Source: Candidatus Heimdallarchaeota archaeon (GTDB lineage Archaea > Asgardarchaeota > Heimdallarchaeia > Heimdallarchaeales > Heimdallarchaeaceae). Taken from it: a DNA stretch of 37,369 nt. The notes under the pieces were generated by a model. It made no database searches. It was not told where the DNA came from and was given only the letters and a program-made list of their open reading frames with translations. The stretch lies in the NCBI GenBank assembly GCA_021399395.1, contig JAAFKJ010000163.1, positions 1-37,369 of the forward strand. Direction: 5' to 3'. How positions within the stretch are numbered: the stretch's first letter is position 1; each line of letters opens with the position of its first letter. The position numbers and the translations under genes were made by a program. Shown here in pieces: positions 9,701-17,545 of the stretch.

Positions 9701-10971
9701 TAACTTCTGATAATAAGAAACTGGATATTAGAGACCCGAGAGTAAAACTCCACTTTTTCCCATTCTCTCAATATCATACTGATACAATGTCGAAAATATT
9801 CGATCTTTTTGGTTTCCACTCGGGAGAAACAACTGAGATGAAGATTGAATATCCTGTAGAAGGTTTGAGATACACTTCAGGAAAAGAGTGTATACCTTTA
9901 CCTATAATCATAGGACATATGCTATCAATAATAGAAAATAGAAAACCTGGGGAAGCAGTTGGATTTTTCATGATCAGAGGGGGATCGCCTTGCGCTGTAT
10001 ATAGTTACTTTAACTATCTATTACATTTCATTGAAAAGAATGAATTCAAGGATGTGTTCCTTTTTAGGTTTGATCAACTCACTGATTTCTTAGGAATTGA
10101 TCGAATAACTATTGCCAAATATGTACCTGCAACAGCACTAGTTGGAGATCTTATGGTTGAGATAGATAGTGCTTTACAAGTAGTGGGGCATAACGGCAGT
10201 AGGCAACTTCTCCAAGATTATTGGTCAGAGTTCTTATCATGCACAACTGAGTTGAAGCAATTTCATAAGAATGTTGAGAAATTAATAGATAAAATCTCTA
10301 CAATTCCAAGAAAGGAATCTCCCAAAAATTTACCCAAAGTGCTAATCACTGGTGATTTCTTCGTTAGATATAGTCCATTCTTTCTAAATGAACTAAAAGA
10401 GCTTTATGCTAAACACAACATTCTAGTTAAATCTTCAGATCTATATGAAGTTTCTTTGTATAGTAATATCAATTTAAGACTAATAGTCGCCCAAGATTGG
10501 AGAAAAGAACCGAATAAAGTTTCAACAGCTCTCAGAGCCTTTGCTACTTTCTGGACTAGATCCTCACAACTTTATATTATTAGTTTACTCGCTCCTCCTC
10601 TTATGCATGCAATTGAAAAGAGATATAGAAGGAAGTTTAAGAAAACAGGTCTGTTGTTTGCTGGAAGAAATAATCTTAGGGAAATAAACAAACAATCCAA
10701 ACCACTAATTAGTCCTCTGATTTTTGGAGAAGCAATTCCAACAATTGGAAAAGGTATGGAAACACTAGAAAACAGTGATTATGACTCACTTATACTAACA
10801 GGACCAATAAACTGTTTACCATATAAAATAGCACAAGCTATTCTGAAACCAATATATCTAGAACATGGAGTGCCTTTCCTAGTATTTGATGTAGATACCT
10901 CGGCGATAACTCCTAATATGAAACGTTTAATCAATGCTAATATTGAACAGATAAAAAGAAGGCAAAACTAA
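6787..10971 (+). CDS. Fused acyl-CoA dehydratase activase (two BadF/BadG/BcrA/BcrD ASKHA ATPase domains, DUF2229-like region, dehydratase-component-like C terminus)
   Basis: GVDVGSTTTK, GVTGSGR, EISAH, FEIGGQDSK, MNASCSAGTGSFLEE, CAAF, CKACKNYC, GGRC, IGIPRAL, CYP, LELDAHSADAGIQTRLEAF and GKECIP motifs. Confidence 0.9.
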   Translation: MFNITTEYIGVNIGSVSVNLVSLDEKGKASIAKHPHLGKPEEVLEKMIKEQVSSEKRFFDVSGSFGEISEIVAIEKGISSYDEKFDIVVSLGGESFVLYVLDEKGYIVNVLSHDKCAAGSGEFFIQQIDRLDVTLSEAIDLAKKGKKIELASRCSVHCKSDVTHKLNRGEASIEDILTSVLASMVSKVMGLITQSRVELKRLLLIGGISLNDAFVKLLREELDGVEVVIKDVSSVFEAYGTALIVQESPLHDNYKLITTKTFTQLPSLEQFSDQVTIIEAKENKKDFDKNLSLILGVDVGSTTTKAILLDPVDNAVVASYYGRTSGNPVEATKKCIQELIDQAGNCKVNLVGVTGSGRQIVGAYLGTSAVYNEISAHSKGAVYYDEEVDTIFEIGGQDSKYMFLQNGVPVDYAMNASCSAGTGSFLEESSKGDLGIHVFDISDVAMKADSPVRFKADCAAFINTDIRTAAQEGYEPDNIVGGLVYSIADNYLNKVKGLRPVGQKIFFQGGVAKNNAVGYAFAQATGKKIIIPPNPELIGAFGISLIAKSKYEQHEIIGMSEHTSLESLIKEKMKHSGSFTCKACKNYCQIERYEVGGRKFPFGGRCSRYEHQWRGSDKTEEKEDLVLIRNDLLFGINSGTEKKKPTHNERIGIPRALLTHSLYPLYSTFFEELGYEIILSGIDDDKELMTNASFCYPVQILHGAVLDLVKNKVTTVFLPHVHSGTTGKDWRDSTFCPLTQASPYFISQAFKELEFLSPVLDFRQGYENNNALVKMAVEKLDIPKNIANKAYHKAITAQKQIEDKFLEKGKETLDKLRDSGEIGILLVGRSYNAFPPETSQLIPKKLASMGVTVIPFDFLGKDSAEDFPWFFANYAQKALELAQEYDNLFILYINSFSCTIDAFVQNHMRNEMKSKPYLILELDAHSADAGIQTRLEAFLEIIKNFQVTKKKTEVKPFQITKVKKRSGKIVVITSDNKKLDIRDPRVKLHFFPFSQYHTDTMSKIFDLFGFHSGETTEMKIEYPVEGLRYTSGKECIPLPIIIGHMLSIIENRKPGEAVGFFMIRGGSPCAVYSYFNYLLHFIEKNEFKDVFLFRFDQLTDFLGIDRITIAKYVPATALVGDLMVEIDSALQVVGHNGSRQLLQDYWSEFLSCTTELKQFHKNVEKLIDKISTIPRKESPKNLPKVLITGDFFVRYSPFFLNELKELYAKHNILVKSSDLYEVSLYSNINLRLIVAQDWRKEPNKVSTALRAFATFWTRSSQLYIISLLAPPLMHAIEKRYRRKFKKTGLLFAGRNNLREINKQSKPLISPLIFGEAIPTIGKGMETLENSDYDSLILTGPINCLPYKIAQAILKPIYLEHGVPFLVFDVDTSAITPNMKRLINANIEQIKRRQN

Positions 10972-11047
10972 ACATTTCGTCTTTCGATTTCATCACTTTC
11001 TATCCAGTTTATTTGCAACTATATGATCGATAATTATCCTCCTCCTC

Positions 11048-11096
11048 TTGTTTCATTCGTGTCTTGAAATAGTCCCGACTGACTTTTCTTATATTG
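11048..11096 (+). promoter_or_regulatory. Promoter of regulator 2: three 11-bp phased repeats plus TATA-like box
   Basis: TTGTTTCATTC (11048), GTGTCTTGAAA (11059), TAGTCCCGACT (11070), then TTCTTATATTG at 11086. Confidence 0.6.
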
Positions 11097-11122
11097 AGGA
11101 CTACATTTATTCTCAATGACGA

Positions 11123-11146
11123 GTTCGAAGGGAAACTCTTTTGAAC
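11123..11146 (+). promoter_or_regulatory. Conserved palindrome or leader hairpin upstream of regulator 2
   Basis: GTTCGAAGGGAAACTCTTTTGAAC folds into a 10-bp stem using G-U pairs; followed by an AGGTGA RBS and TTG start. Confidence 0.55.
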
Positions 11147-11162
11147 AAAAAGGTGAAATATA

Positions 11163-12185
11163 TTGGCATTGAGAAATAGAAATTGTTTAACTCAGACAAC
11201 TTTGATTATACTTTCTTTAATACTAATACTTAATGTGTCCAATCAAACTTATCAAACTAAAGGGTGTGTTGAACACACTCAGAATAAAGATCAATATAAC
11301 AGTAATGGAGATTTTACAGTCATTTCTCATAATACTCAAATTGATGTTGTAAGTGTTGATACTATAGAAGTAAGAGAGATATTCAAAATTGAAAATAAAA
11401 ATCCTCTTTCTGCTGATTTTATTAGTCTCTGGTTAAACCATTCTTGTAAGAATATCATTGTAGAAGATCCTATTGGAACTTTGGAATATGAGAAAATTGT
11501 AGATTCATTATCATATAGTTACTTGAAAATAAACTTCAGATCGGAGCTTAATTACAAAGAACAAATGGTTTTTTACATCACTTATTCTCTCAACGATCTT
11601 CCGTTAGCAGAGAGTATAAATCATTACTATTTCGAATTTTACTCAACTATAACTTTCACTACTAAACTACATCACTTATCAGTAAAGTTACCTGAGAGAT
11701 GCTATGTAAGTGATAATACAGATGTTACGTCTATTTACCCAGCTAATCAATCACAAAGCTTCATGGGTCGAAGATTAATACTGTCATGGACTCAAAGCAA
11801 TTTAACCTCTTCAATGAATCCATTTTATTTAGTAAGATTTGATGTCCCAAAAAATCTAACTTGGGTATATGTTCTGAGTCCAATTCTAGGTGTTATGATA
11901 GGTGTAACTTCTACTATATGGTTTATGAGAAGGAGAGAAAGAAGTGCAATACAAAGTATGGGTACAGTCTTTCTAAATGAATCTCAAAGAGTCTTACTAA
12001 AAACAATACTTGAAAATGATGGCAAAATTGCTCAAAAAGATCTATGTAGAAAAACAGGTTTTACTAGGTCAAAAACATCAAGAAATCTGATCTCTTTAGA
12101 AGAACAAGGTTTTATTGTTAAAGAAAAATGGGGTCGAAATTCGCTCATAAAGTTGACTAAATCGGGAGAGATGGTGATAGAATGA
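11163..12185 (+). CDS. Membrane-anchored winged-HTH transcriptional regulator, paralogue of 792..1820
   Basis: Same layout; wHTH IAQKDLCRKTGFTRSKTSRNLISLEEQGFIVKEKWGRNSLIKLT; RBS AGGTGA 6 nt before TTG. Confidence 0.85.
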   Translation: MALRNRNCLTQTTLIILSLILILNVSNQTYQTKGCVEHTQNKDQYNSNGDFTVISHNTQIDVVSVDTIEVREIFKIENKNPLSADFISLWLNHSCKNIIVEDPIGTLEYEKIVDSLSYSYLKINFRSELNYKEQMVFYITYSLNDLPLAESINHYYFEFYSTITFTTKLHHLSVKLPERCYVSDNTDVTSIYPANQSQSFMGRRLILSWTQSNLTSSMNPFYLVRFDVPKNLTWVYVLSPILGVMIGVTSTIWFMRRRERSAIQSMGTVFLNESQRVLLKTILENDGKIAQKDLCRKTGFTRSKTSRNLISLEEQGFIVKEKWGRNSLIKLTKSGEMVIE

Positions 12186-12186
12186 T

Positions 12187-12243
12187 TGCTCCCGAAAATG
12201 TTTCAAATTACTCCCGAAATGAACCCGTCCAATATCTCATTAG
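12187..12243 (+). promoter_or_regulatory. Promoter of beta-helix gene 3: four 11-bp phased repeats plus weak TATA box
   Basis: TGCTCCCGAAA (12187), ATGTTTCAAAT (12198), TACTCCCGAAA (12209), TGAACCCGTCC (12220), then CTCATTAG at 12236. Confidence 0.6.
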
Positions 12244-12274
12244 AATAGAACAAATAATATAACATGGTGAAAAA

Positions 12275-14644
12275 ATGAAACCCGCATTGAAATATCTAAC
12301 CGGCATTGCTGTCGGAATAATTGTTTTAGCATCAGTTTTTGTACCACTCTCACTTTTAGTGTGGAACAATAGACTTGTACAGCACGATCCTATTCTAATC
12401 TGGAAAGACGAGGATTTTACTGGGTATAATTTACCTGGAAAGGGAACTCTGGAAAACCCATATAGAATAGAGAATTATAATATTACAACAGATGATTTGT
12501 ATTGTATATATATCATCAATACCACCAAGTACTTCCTAATAGAAAATTGTTATTTACAGACTACACATGAAGAAGGATATGGGATATATCTAAGTGATAC
12601 AACAAGTGGAACAGGAAAAATAACCAAGACAACTATAGACAAATGTGATACAGCATTGGGTTTATTTGAATCTAGTGGAAATGATGTAATTGACAACTCG
12701 ATATCACTTTGTAAAACACCTTTCGATATCTACAAGAGCAACTCAACAGACTTGATTAACAATTCACTGAGTAATTATGAAGAAGCTTCTAATTGGAATT
12801 CTTATATCTACTCAAGTTATGATACTAATTTCATTGGTAATGTTGTTCTCAAGTACGATTATGGTTTGTTTTTTGCAATTGAAGATTCAGATGATATATC
12901 TTTTGCACAGAATGATCTACAAGATGTAACTCTATACATTCAATTTTGTTCAAATATAACAATCATGAAAAATCAAGGTTCCGAATGTCATATCAATCTT
13001 GGAAATAGCCAAAATAATACTATAAATGATAATCAAATACACTCTCTAGATATCTATAATAGCTTTTATACTGAAGTTAGAAATAACTACTTGATTCGCT
13101 TTGACATCTATCTTGAATCATCATCTGATATCTACTTCTATACATTTGAAGATAATTATGTAAATGATAAGAAGCTGGAGTTTTTTATAGGAATAAGTAG
13201 TTTGAGCATTACAACATCTTTAAGTGAATATGGGAGAATATACTTCTTAGGATGTACAGATATTACTATAAGTGACCCTACTCCAATGGGAGGATATTTA
13301 CCAATTGATTTTGTAGATTGCATGAATATATTCATCTCCAATGTTAACCAGGATCTTGATTTATCTTTTCAGAATTCAGATAATTGTATGTTGACAGAAA
13401 CTAATATCCTAGACTTGGAATTATTCAACTCTGAAGACATCACAGTATCAGATTGTAACGTAAATGGTTATGAAATTGACGTTCTATATTCAAATAACAT
13501 AGCAATAACTGATAACCAAATATCAATTTCCTATCTAAGAATCGATCATGATAATGGTGTAAACCTAATTAATAATGAGATTTCAGTTGAAGAGATTGAC
13601 ATAAGTTATGTTCAGAACTTGATAATGCAAGACAATAACATTTCTGACTGTTTGGATGGTTTGAGATTTTACATGATCTCAGATTCAATGATAATGGGTA
13701 ATCTCATTAAAGACATGACTGAATATGGAATCGCATTCAGTGATTTCCACAACATAAGTTTTGAGAACAACTTAATTACAGATTGTTTAAAAGGATTGAA
13801 TTTATTTGCTAAGAATTTGGATCAATATCTGTTATCATCGTTTTCAGACAATTATTTTGACGGAAAGATTATTGGTTATTACGCTAGTGTTGAGAACCTT
13901 ATAATAGATACAGGAGATTTTGCTCAAATGATCTTTGTCAATTGTACCAATCTCTTAATTAAAGACATTATTGTGACTAATTCACCTGATTATATCAGAA
14001 TTGTATATAGTGATAAAGTAATTGTTTCTAATGTAACTTGTGAAGATTCATTTGGAGGTATCTCCGTTCATTATACAGAAAATCTTGAAATTAGCATTTG
14101 CTCATTCAACTCTATTACATATACTAGCATAGACTTTGGAGATTGTCCTTCAGCTTCTATCGTGAATAATACTATTAATTCAAGTGGTGTTGCAGTCAAT
14201 ATGTATCTCTCTGATTATACTCAAATTCTGAACAACTCCATAGAAAATACCCAAAATGGCGTTATAGTATTTAAGTCATTAAACTGCTCAATAAATTGGA
14301 ATTCTATGATTAACTGCAGTGAGGTTGGAATTGAACTTTATCGAAGCGATTATTGTAATATTACATATAATCTACTGAAAGATTGTTATTACTGGGGTGT
14401 TAAATTGCAAGAAGAATCAACCTATAACCAAATTCATCACAACGCTTTCATAAACAATAACTGGCAAACTATCAATCCTGAGTATACTTCTCAAGCAATT
14501 GATGATGGACAAAACAACATATGGTTTTACCCTATATTGTTGGAAGGTAATTACTTCGATGATTGGAGTGGTTCTGGGGAGTATGTGATTTATGGTGAGG
14601 CTCTTAATACTGATCCTTATCCTTTAATCACAAATCCTCTTTAA
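12275..14644 (+). CDS. Membrane-anchored right-handed parallel beta-helix (NosD/CASH-type) surface protein
   Basis: N-terminal TM, GKGTLENPYRI, PbH1-type repeats, GNYFDDWSG...DPYPLITNPL; GGTGA RBS. Confidence 0.9.
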   Translation: MKPALKYLTGIAVGIIVLASVFVPLSLLVWNNRLVQHDPILIWKDEDFTGYNLPGKGTLENPYRIENYNITTDDLYCIYIINTTKYFLIENCYLQTTHEEGYGIYLSDTTSGTGKITKTTIDKCDTALGLFESSGNDVIDNSISLCKTPFDIYKSNSTDLINNSLSNYEEASNWNSYIYSSYDTNFIGNVVLKYDYGLFFAIEDSDDISFAQNDLQDVTLYIQFCSNITIMKNQGSECHINLGNSQNNTINDNQIHSLDIYNSFYTEVRNNYLIRFDIYLESSSDIYFYTFEDNYVNDKKLEFFIGISSLSITTSLSEYGRIYFLGCTDITISDPTPMGGYLPIDFVDCMNIFISNVNQDLDLSFQNSDNCMLTETNILDLELFNSEDITVSDCNVNGYEIDVLYSNNIAITDNQISISYLRIDHDNGVNLINNEISVEEIDISYVQNLIMQDNNISDCLDGLRFYMISDSMIMGNLIKDMTEYGIAFSDFHNISFENNLITDCLKGLNLFAKNLDQYLLSSFSDNYFDGKIIGYYASVENLIIDTGDFAQMIFVNCTNLLIKDIIVTNSPDYIRIVYSDKVIVSNVTCEDSFGGISVHYTENLEISICSFNSITYTSIDFGDCPSASIVNNTINSSGVAVNMYLSDYTQILNNSIENTQNGVIVFKSLNCSINWNSMINCSEVGIELYRSDYCNITYNLLKDCYYWGVKLQEESTYNQIHHNAFINNNWQTINPEYTSQAIDDGQNNIWFYPILLEGNYFDDWSGSGEYVIYGEALNTDPYPLITNPL

Positions 14645-14646
14645 CC

Positions 14647-14654
14647 TTTTTTTT
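14647..14654 (+). terminator. Archaeal oligo-T terminator
   Basis: T8 run 2 nt after the stop codon at 14644. Confidence 0.5.
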
Positions 14655-14858
14655 ATATCAAGTTGTCTGATTTTGCAGATTCCTGAGAATATGTTTTTCA
14701 TCTTCCTTTTTCTTCCTTTTTCTCTTCATTTTTGAGTTAGATTTATAAGTGTCTGAAAATCGCAAAAACGCATTTTCACGCCCTTAAATATTCAAATCTT
14801 GAAATTTTGCTAGTGTATCTAAATTGATATAACTGTTCAAACAAGGGATAAGATTAAC

Positions 14859-15257
14859 ATGCATCAAATAGAATCAAAAGGAACCTATTATGAGATAGGT
14901 AGACAGATAGGGAAGAAGCTCTCAAAAGTGAAGAGTTATCCTCCAAAATTTACGAAAGAAGTACTGGAAAAGACTCTTCCATATGAAGAGGTTGCAAAGA
15001 AGTATACTCCAGATTTACTAGAAGAATTCAGAGGATTATCAGATGAATTAGATATAGATTATTATGTTCCTCTCACACTTGAATTGACTCCTTATAGATT
15101 TCAAGCACAATGCTTAGTCTTTGCAGTTTCAGGAGAACATACTCGATCAGGACATCCTGTGTTAGCTAGAAGCCATGAATGGAAAGAAGAAGAGAGTGTA
15201 AACTTGGCAGTCTGTCATACAGCTCCTGAAGGAAAACTGAAGAGTGTAGGCTATTGA
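14859..15257 (+). pseudogene. C-terminally truncated peptidase C45 / acyl-CoA:6-APA acyltransferase-like Ntn hydrolase
   Basis: GTYYEIGRQIG, PDLLEEFRGLS, nucleophile Cys in AQCLVFAV and VLARSHEW are present, but the frame stops about 47 residues after the Cys. No continuation is seen in other frames. Confidence 0.75.
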
Positions 15258-15294
15258 AAGTTCAAGGAGACCATTGGGTAGTTGAGTTTATACA

Positions 15295-15336
15295 TTTTTT
15301 CTACTCGAAGTAAACCCTGTTCTATGGATGCAAAGT
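15295..15336 (+). repeat. Dispersed intergenic repeat, copy A
   Basis: TTTTTTCTACTCGAAGTAAACCCTGTTCTATGGATGCAAAGT; 24/25 identical to copy D over the core. Confidence 0.85.
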
Positions 15337-15476
15337 TGGAGTCTTATGATATACATCTGCTATTTTGCTTCTGGATAGGAATGCACAATATTTTTATTAA
15401 GAATACATATTATTCATTATTAGAGTAATTTCGTATGAATCTTAACGAAATGAAGTATACACAACAAGGTGATAAT

Positions 15477-15599
15477 ATGAAAAAATTAAAAACAAAACTC
15501 TATTTCAGCTTCACTATTATTCTTATTAGTTTTCTAGTTCACTTTCCTTTTATTTTTTTCCACTCTCAGGAATGCTTATTGCTAGAAGAATCAAGCTAA
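15477..15599 (+). pseudogene. Signal-peptide stub (40 codons) of a secreted-protein gene fused to repeat copy B
   Basis: AAGGTGAT RBS, then MKKLKTKLYFSFTIILISFLV running directly into the repeat-derived pyrimidine tract; TATA-like TTTATTAA at about 15393. Confidence 0.55.
15538..15565 (+). repeat. Dispersed intergenic repeat, copy B (left part only)
   Basis: TTCACTTTCCTTTTATTTTTTTCCACTC; 24/28 identical, ungapped, to 16536-16563. Low complexity weakens this match. Confidence 0.6.
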
Positions 15600-15639
15600 A
15601 CTCGAATAAACTTAAAAATAGAGAATTGTTTCAGTTGGT

Positions 15640-16527
15640 ATGTACGAAAATGCAAAATTAAATCAGACACTGGAACTCAGTGATGGTAGAAAGCTGGGAT
15701 ATGCTGAGTTTGGAGATTTTAACGGCAAACCACTTTTTCATTTTCATGGTCATCCTGGTTCCCGATATGAAGTTCTTCTTCATGGAGACAAACCAACTAA
15801 ACTTGGCCTTCATGTGATAGCTCCTGAAAGACCCGGAATTGGACTTTCCGATTTTCAACCTAGACGTAAACTCTTGGATTGGCCTGATGATATCGTCGAA
15901 CTTGCAGACCATCTAGGAATTGAAAAATTCATTGTCGAGGGAATATCAGGCGGTGGTCCATATGCTGCAGCCTGTGCTTATAAAATTCCTCATAGGTTAG
16001 AGTGTTGTGTTATTGTTGCAGGAATGGGACCAATCAATATGCCAAAAAAGGGGATGATGAGATCGAATCGTATTGGTTTTTTTATTTCCCGTAGACTTCC
16101 CTTTCTTGTTAAACCTATGGTCAAAAAAACAATGAAAAAACTAGATGATCCAGATAAAGCTAAAGATTTTATGAAAAGGATTTTTGAAGGAATGTCTGAA
16201 CCAGACAGGATACTAGCTCAGGATTCTAAACTGTTAAATATCTTTACAAATGAATTTAGAGAAGCTTTTAGATCAGGACCAGATGGAGTAACATATGAAG
16301 AAAAAACATATGCAAATCCATGGGGTTTTAAGTTAAGTGATATATCTCCAGATCTTCAAGTTTATCTCTGGCATGGAGGTTTGGATGTGGTTGTACCAAT
16401 TTCTATTGGACGTGAAATGTGTAACTTAATTCCCAATTGTAAAGGTTTTTTCTATCCGAATGAAGCACATCTTTCTTTTGTATATAAGCACTTTGAAGAA
16501 ATTGTTAAAATAGTATCAGGTCATTAA
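15640..16527 (+). CDS. Alpha/beta fold hydrolase
   Basis: DGRKLGYAEFG, FHGHPGSR, ERPGIGLS, nucleophile elbow GISGG, LWHGGLDVVVP, EAHL. Confidence 0.92.
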   Translation: MYENAKLNQTLELSDGRKLGYAEFGDFNGKPLFHFHGHPGSRYEVLLHGDKPTKLGLHVIAPERPGIGLSDFQPRRKLLDWPDDIVELADHLGIEKFIVEGISGGGPYAAACAYKIPHRLECCVIVAGMGPINMPKKGMMRSNRIGFFISRRLPFLVKPMVKKTMKKLDDPDKAKDFMKRIFEGMSEPDRILAQDSKLLNIFTNEFREAFRSGPDGVTYEEKTYANPWGFKLSDISPDLQVYLWHGGLDVVVPISIGREMCNLIPNCKGFFYPNEAHLSFVYKHFEEIVKIVSGH

Positions 16528-16535
16528 AACATCTC

Positions 16536-16578
16536 TTCACTTTTTCTTTACTTTTTTCCACTCGAAGTGTACCCTGCT
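16536..16578 (+). repeat. Dispersed intergenic repeat, copy C
   Basis: ...TTTTTTCCACTCGAAGTGTACCCTGCT; 23/25 identical to copy D over the core; right arm missing. Confidence 0.85.
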
Positions 16579-16692
16579 TAATCTTTACTTTAAGTTTGGC
16601 TATAATAATCCTAGTTTAAATCCTTTTAATATGAATTAATCTCAAATTAACCAAATTTATATAAGATTACATGTTTTATTTCATTGAGACAC

Positions 16693-17082
16693 ATGGACAG
16701 ATCTAAAGATTGGTTTTCTCAAGCTGTACACATTCTCAAACAAGCTAAATGGAACTTAGAAGGTGAATTCTTTGATGGGGTTTGTTTTTTAGCTCAGCAA
16801 TCAGCTGAAATGGCAACCAAAGCTCTATGTCTTCATTACAAACTAGAGTGTTGGGGCCATGCAATCAGTAGACTATTTCATATTCTAAAAAGTGACATTT
16901 TGATTCCTGAATCAATTGTTGACCTTGGCAAGAAGCTTGATAAATATTATATCCCAACACGAAATCCTAACGGTTTTGAAAGAGGCGCACCAAAGGATTA
17001 TTTCACAAAACAGGAAGCAGAGGAAGCGATTGACAATGCAGAAGAAATTATTGAGTTCTGCCGAAAAATTATACAGAAATAG
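16693..17082 (+). CDS. HEPN domain protein (COG2250-type), partner of MNT
   Basis: VCFLAQQSAEMATKAL, WGHAI, LDKYYIPTRNP, EAEEAIDNAEEIIEF; ATG at 16693. Confidence 0.9.
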   Translation: MDRSKDWFSQAVHILKQAKWNLEGEFFDGVCFLAQQSAEMATKALCLHYKLECWGHAISRLFHILKSDILIPESIVDLGKKLDKYYIPTRNPNGFERGAPKDYFTKQEAEEAIDNAEEIIEFCRKIIQK

Positions 17083-17398
17083 AAAGAAGATAATAGCTGA
17101 CTTACAAGCTATTGCCAAAAATATTGATCTCCAATATTCTGTTGTAGATATTGTTCTATTTGGTTCAATAGCAAGAGGGGATTTTGGGTTGTATAGTGAT
17201 GCAGATGTTCTGATAATTCTTGAAAAAAGTAATAAAAAGCGATATTTCGATAGAATACCTGAATTTTCAGGATATTTCAATGTATCTCATTTGTATGTAG
17301 ACATATTTCCTTATACTGATGAAGAAATAAGGAGAATGAAGAAGAATAATCTTTTCATTAGAAGAGCTCTAGAAGAAGGAATTTCGTTGCTATCTTAA
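17036..17398 (+). CDS. Minimal nucleotidyltransferase (MNT), putative antitoxin
   Basis: LFGSIARGDFGLYSDADVLII (GS-x10-DxD) and VDIFPYT. Likely start ATG 17036, overlapping the HEPN 3' end by 47 nt. Confidence 0.9.
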   Translation: MQKKLLSSAEKLYRNRKKIIADLQAIAKNIDLQYSVVDIVLFGSIARGDFGLYSDADVLIILEKSNKKRYFDRIPEFSGYFNVSHLYVDIFPYTDEEIRRMKKNNLFIRRALEEGISLLS

Positions 17399-17422
17399 AC
17401 AGGATGTAGTCATTTTTGTTCA

Positions 17423-17536
17423 ACTACTATTGAAAAAGGGACACAAATGGAAACTACTGAAACTGCTTAATCTTTTAGACTCCCTTTAAGTGCAACAGAG
17501 GTTTGCTTGAGCATTATAATGAAGAGAAGAAAGTAA
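17423..17536 (+). pseudogene. Possible degenerate 3' remnant of a C-terminally anchored surface-protein gene
   Basis: Reads TTIEKGTQMETTETA*SFRLPLSATEVCLSIIMKRRK*, resembling the TE..SF-TM-basic tails of other proteins in the window. Ends 9 nt before repeat copy D. Confidence 0.35.
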
Positions 17537-17545
17537 CTTCTCATT

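Noticed and set aside
11038-11047. Strong minus-strand SD-like GAGGAGGAGG
   Set aside because: No suitably spaced ATG/GTG start or meaningful ORF follows.
1911-14644. Beta-helix genes as true nosD (nitrous oxide reductase maturation)
   Set aside because: No nosZ/nosF/nosY context and the proteins are much longer; only the fold is shared.
14660-14730. TCTTCCTTTT tandem and a minus-strand MKRKRKKKEDEK... mini-ORF
   Set aside because: Low-complexity pyrimidine tract after a terminator; it could be a gene tail but there is no independent support.
15255-15336. Selenocysteine or readthrough at the C45 TGA with the repeat acting as SECIS
   Set aside because: The frame hits TAG seven codons later and no C45-like sequence follows.
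16916-17035. 5' extension of the MNT ORF in the track (likewise 33675-33740 for rad50)
   Set aside because: Overlaps the upstream gene deeply; family similarity and RBS position favour starts at 17036 and 33741.
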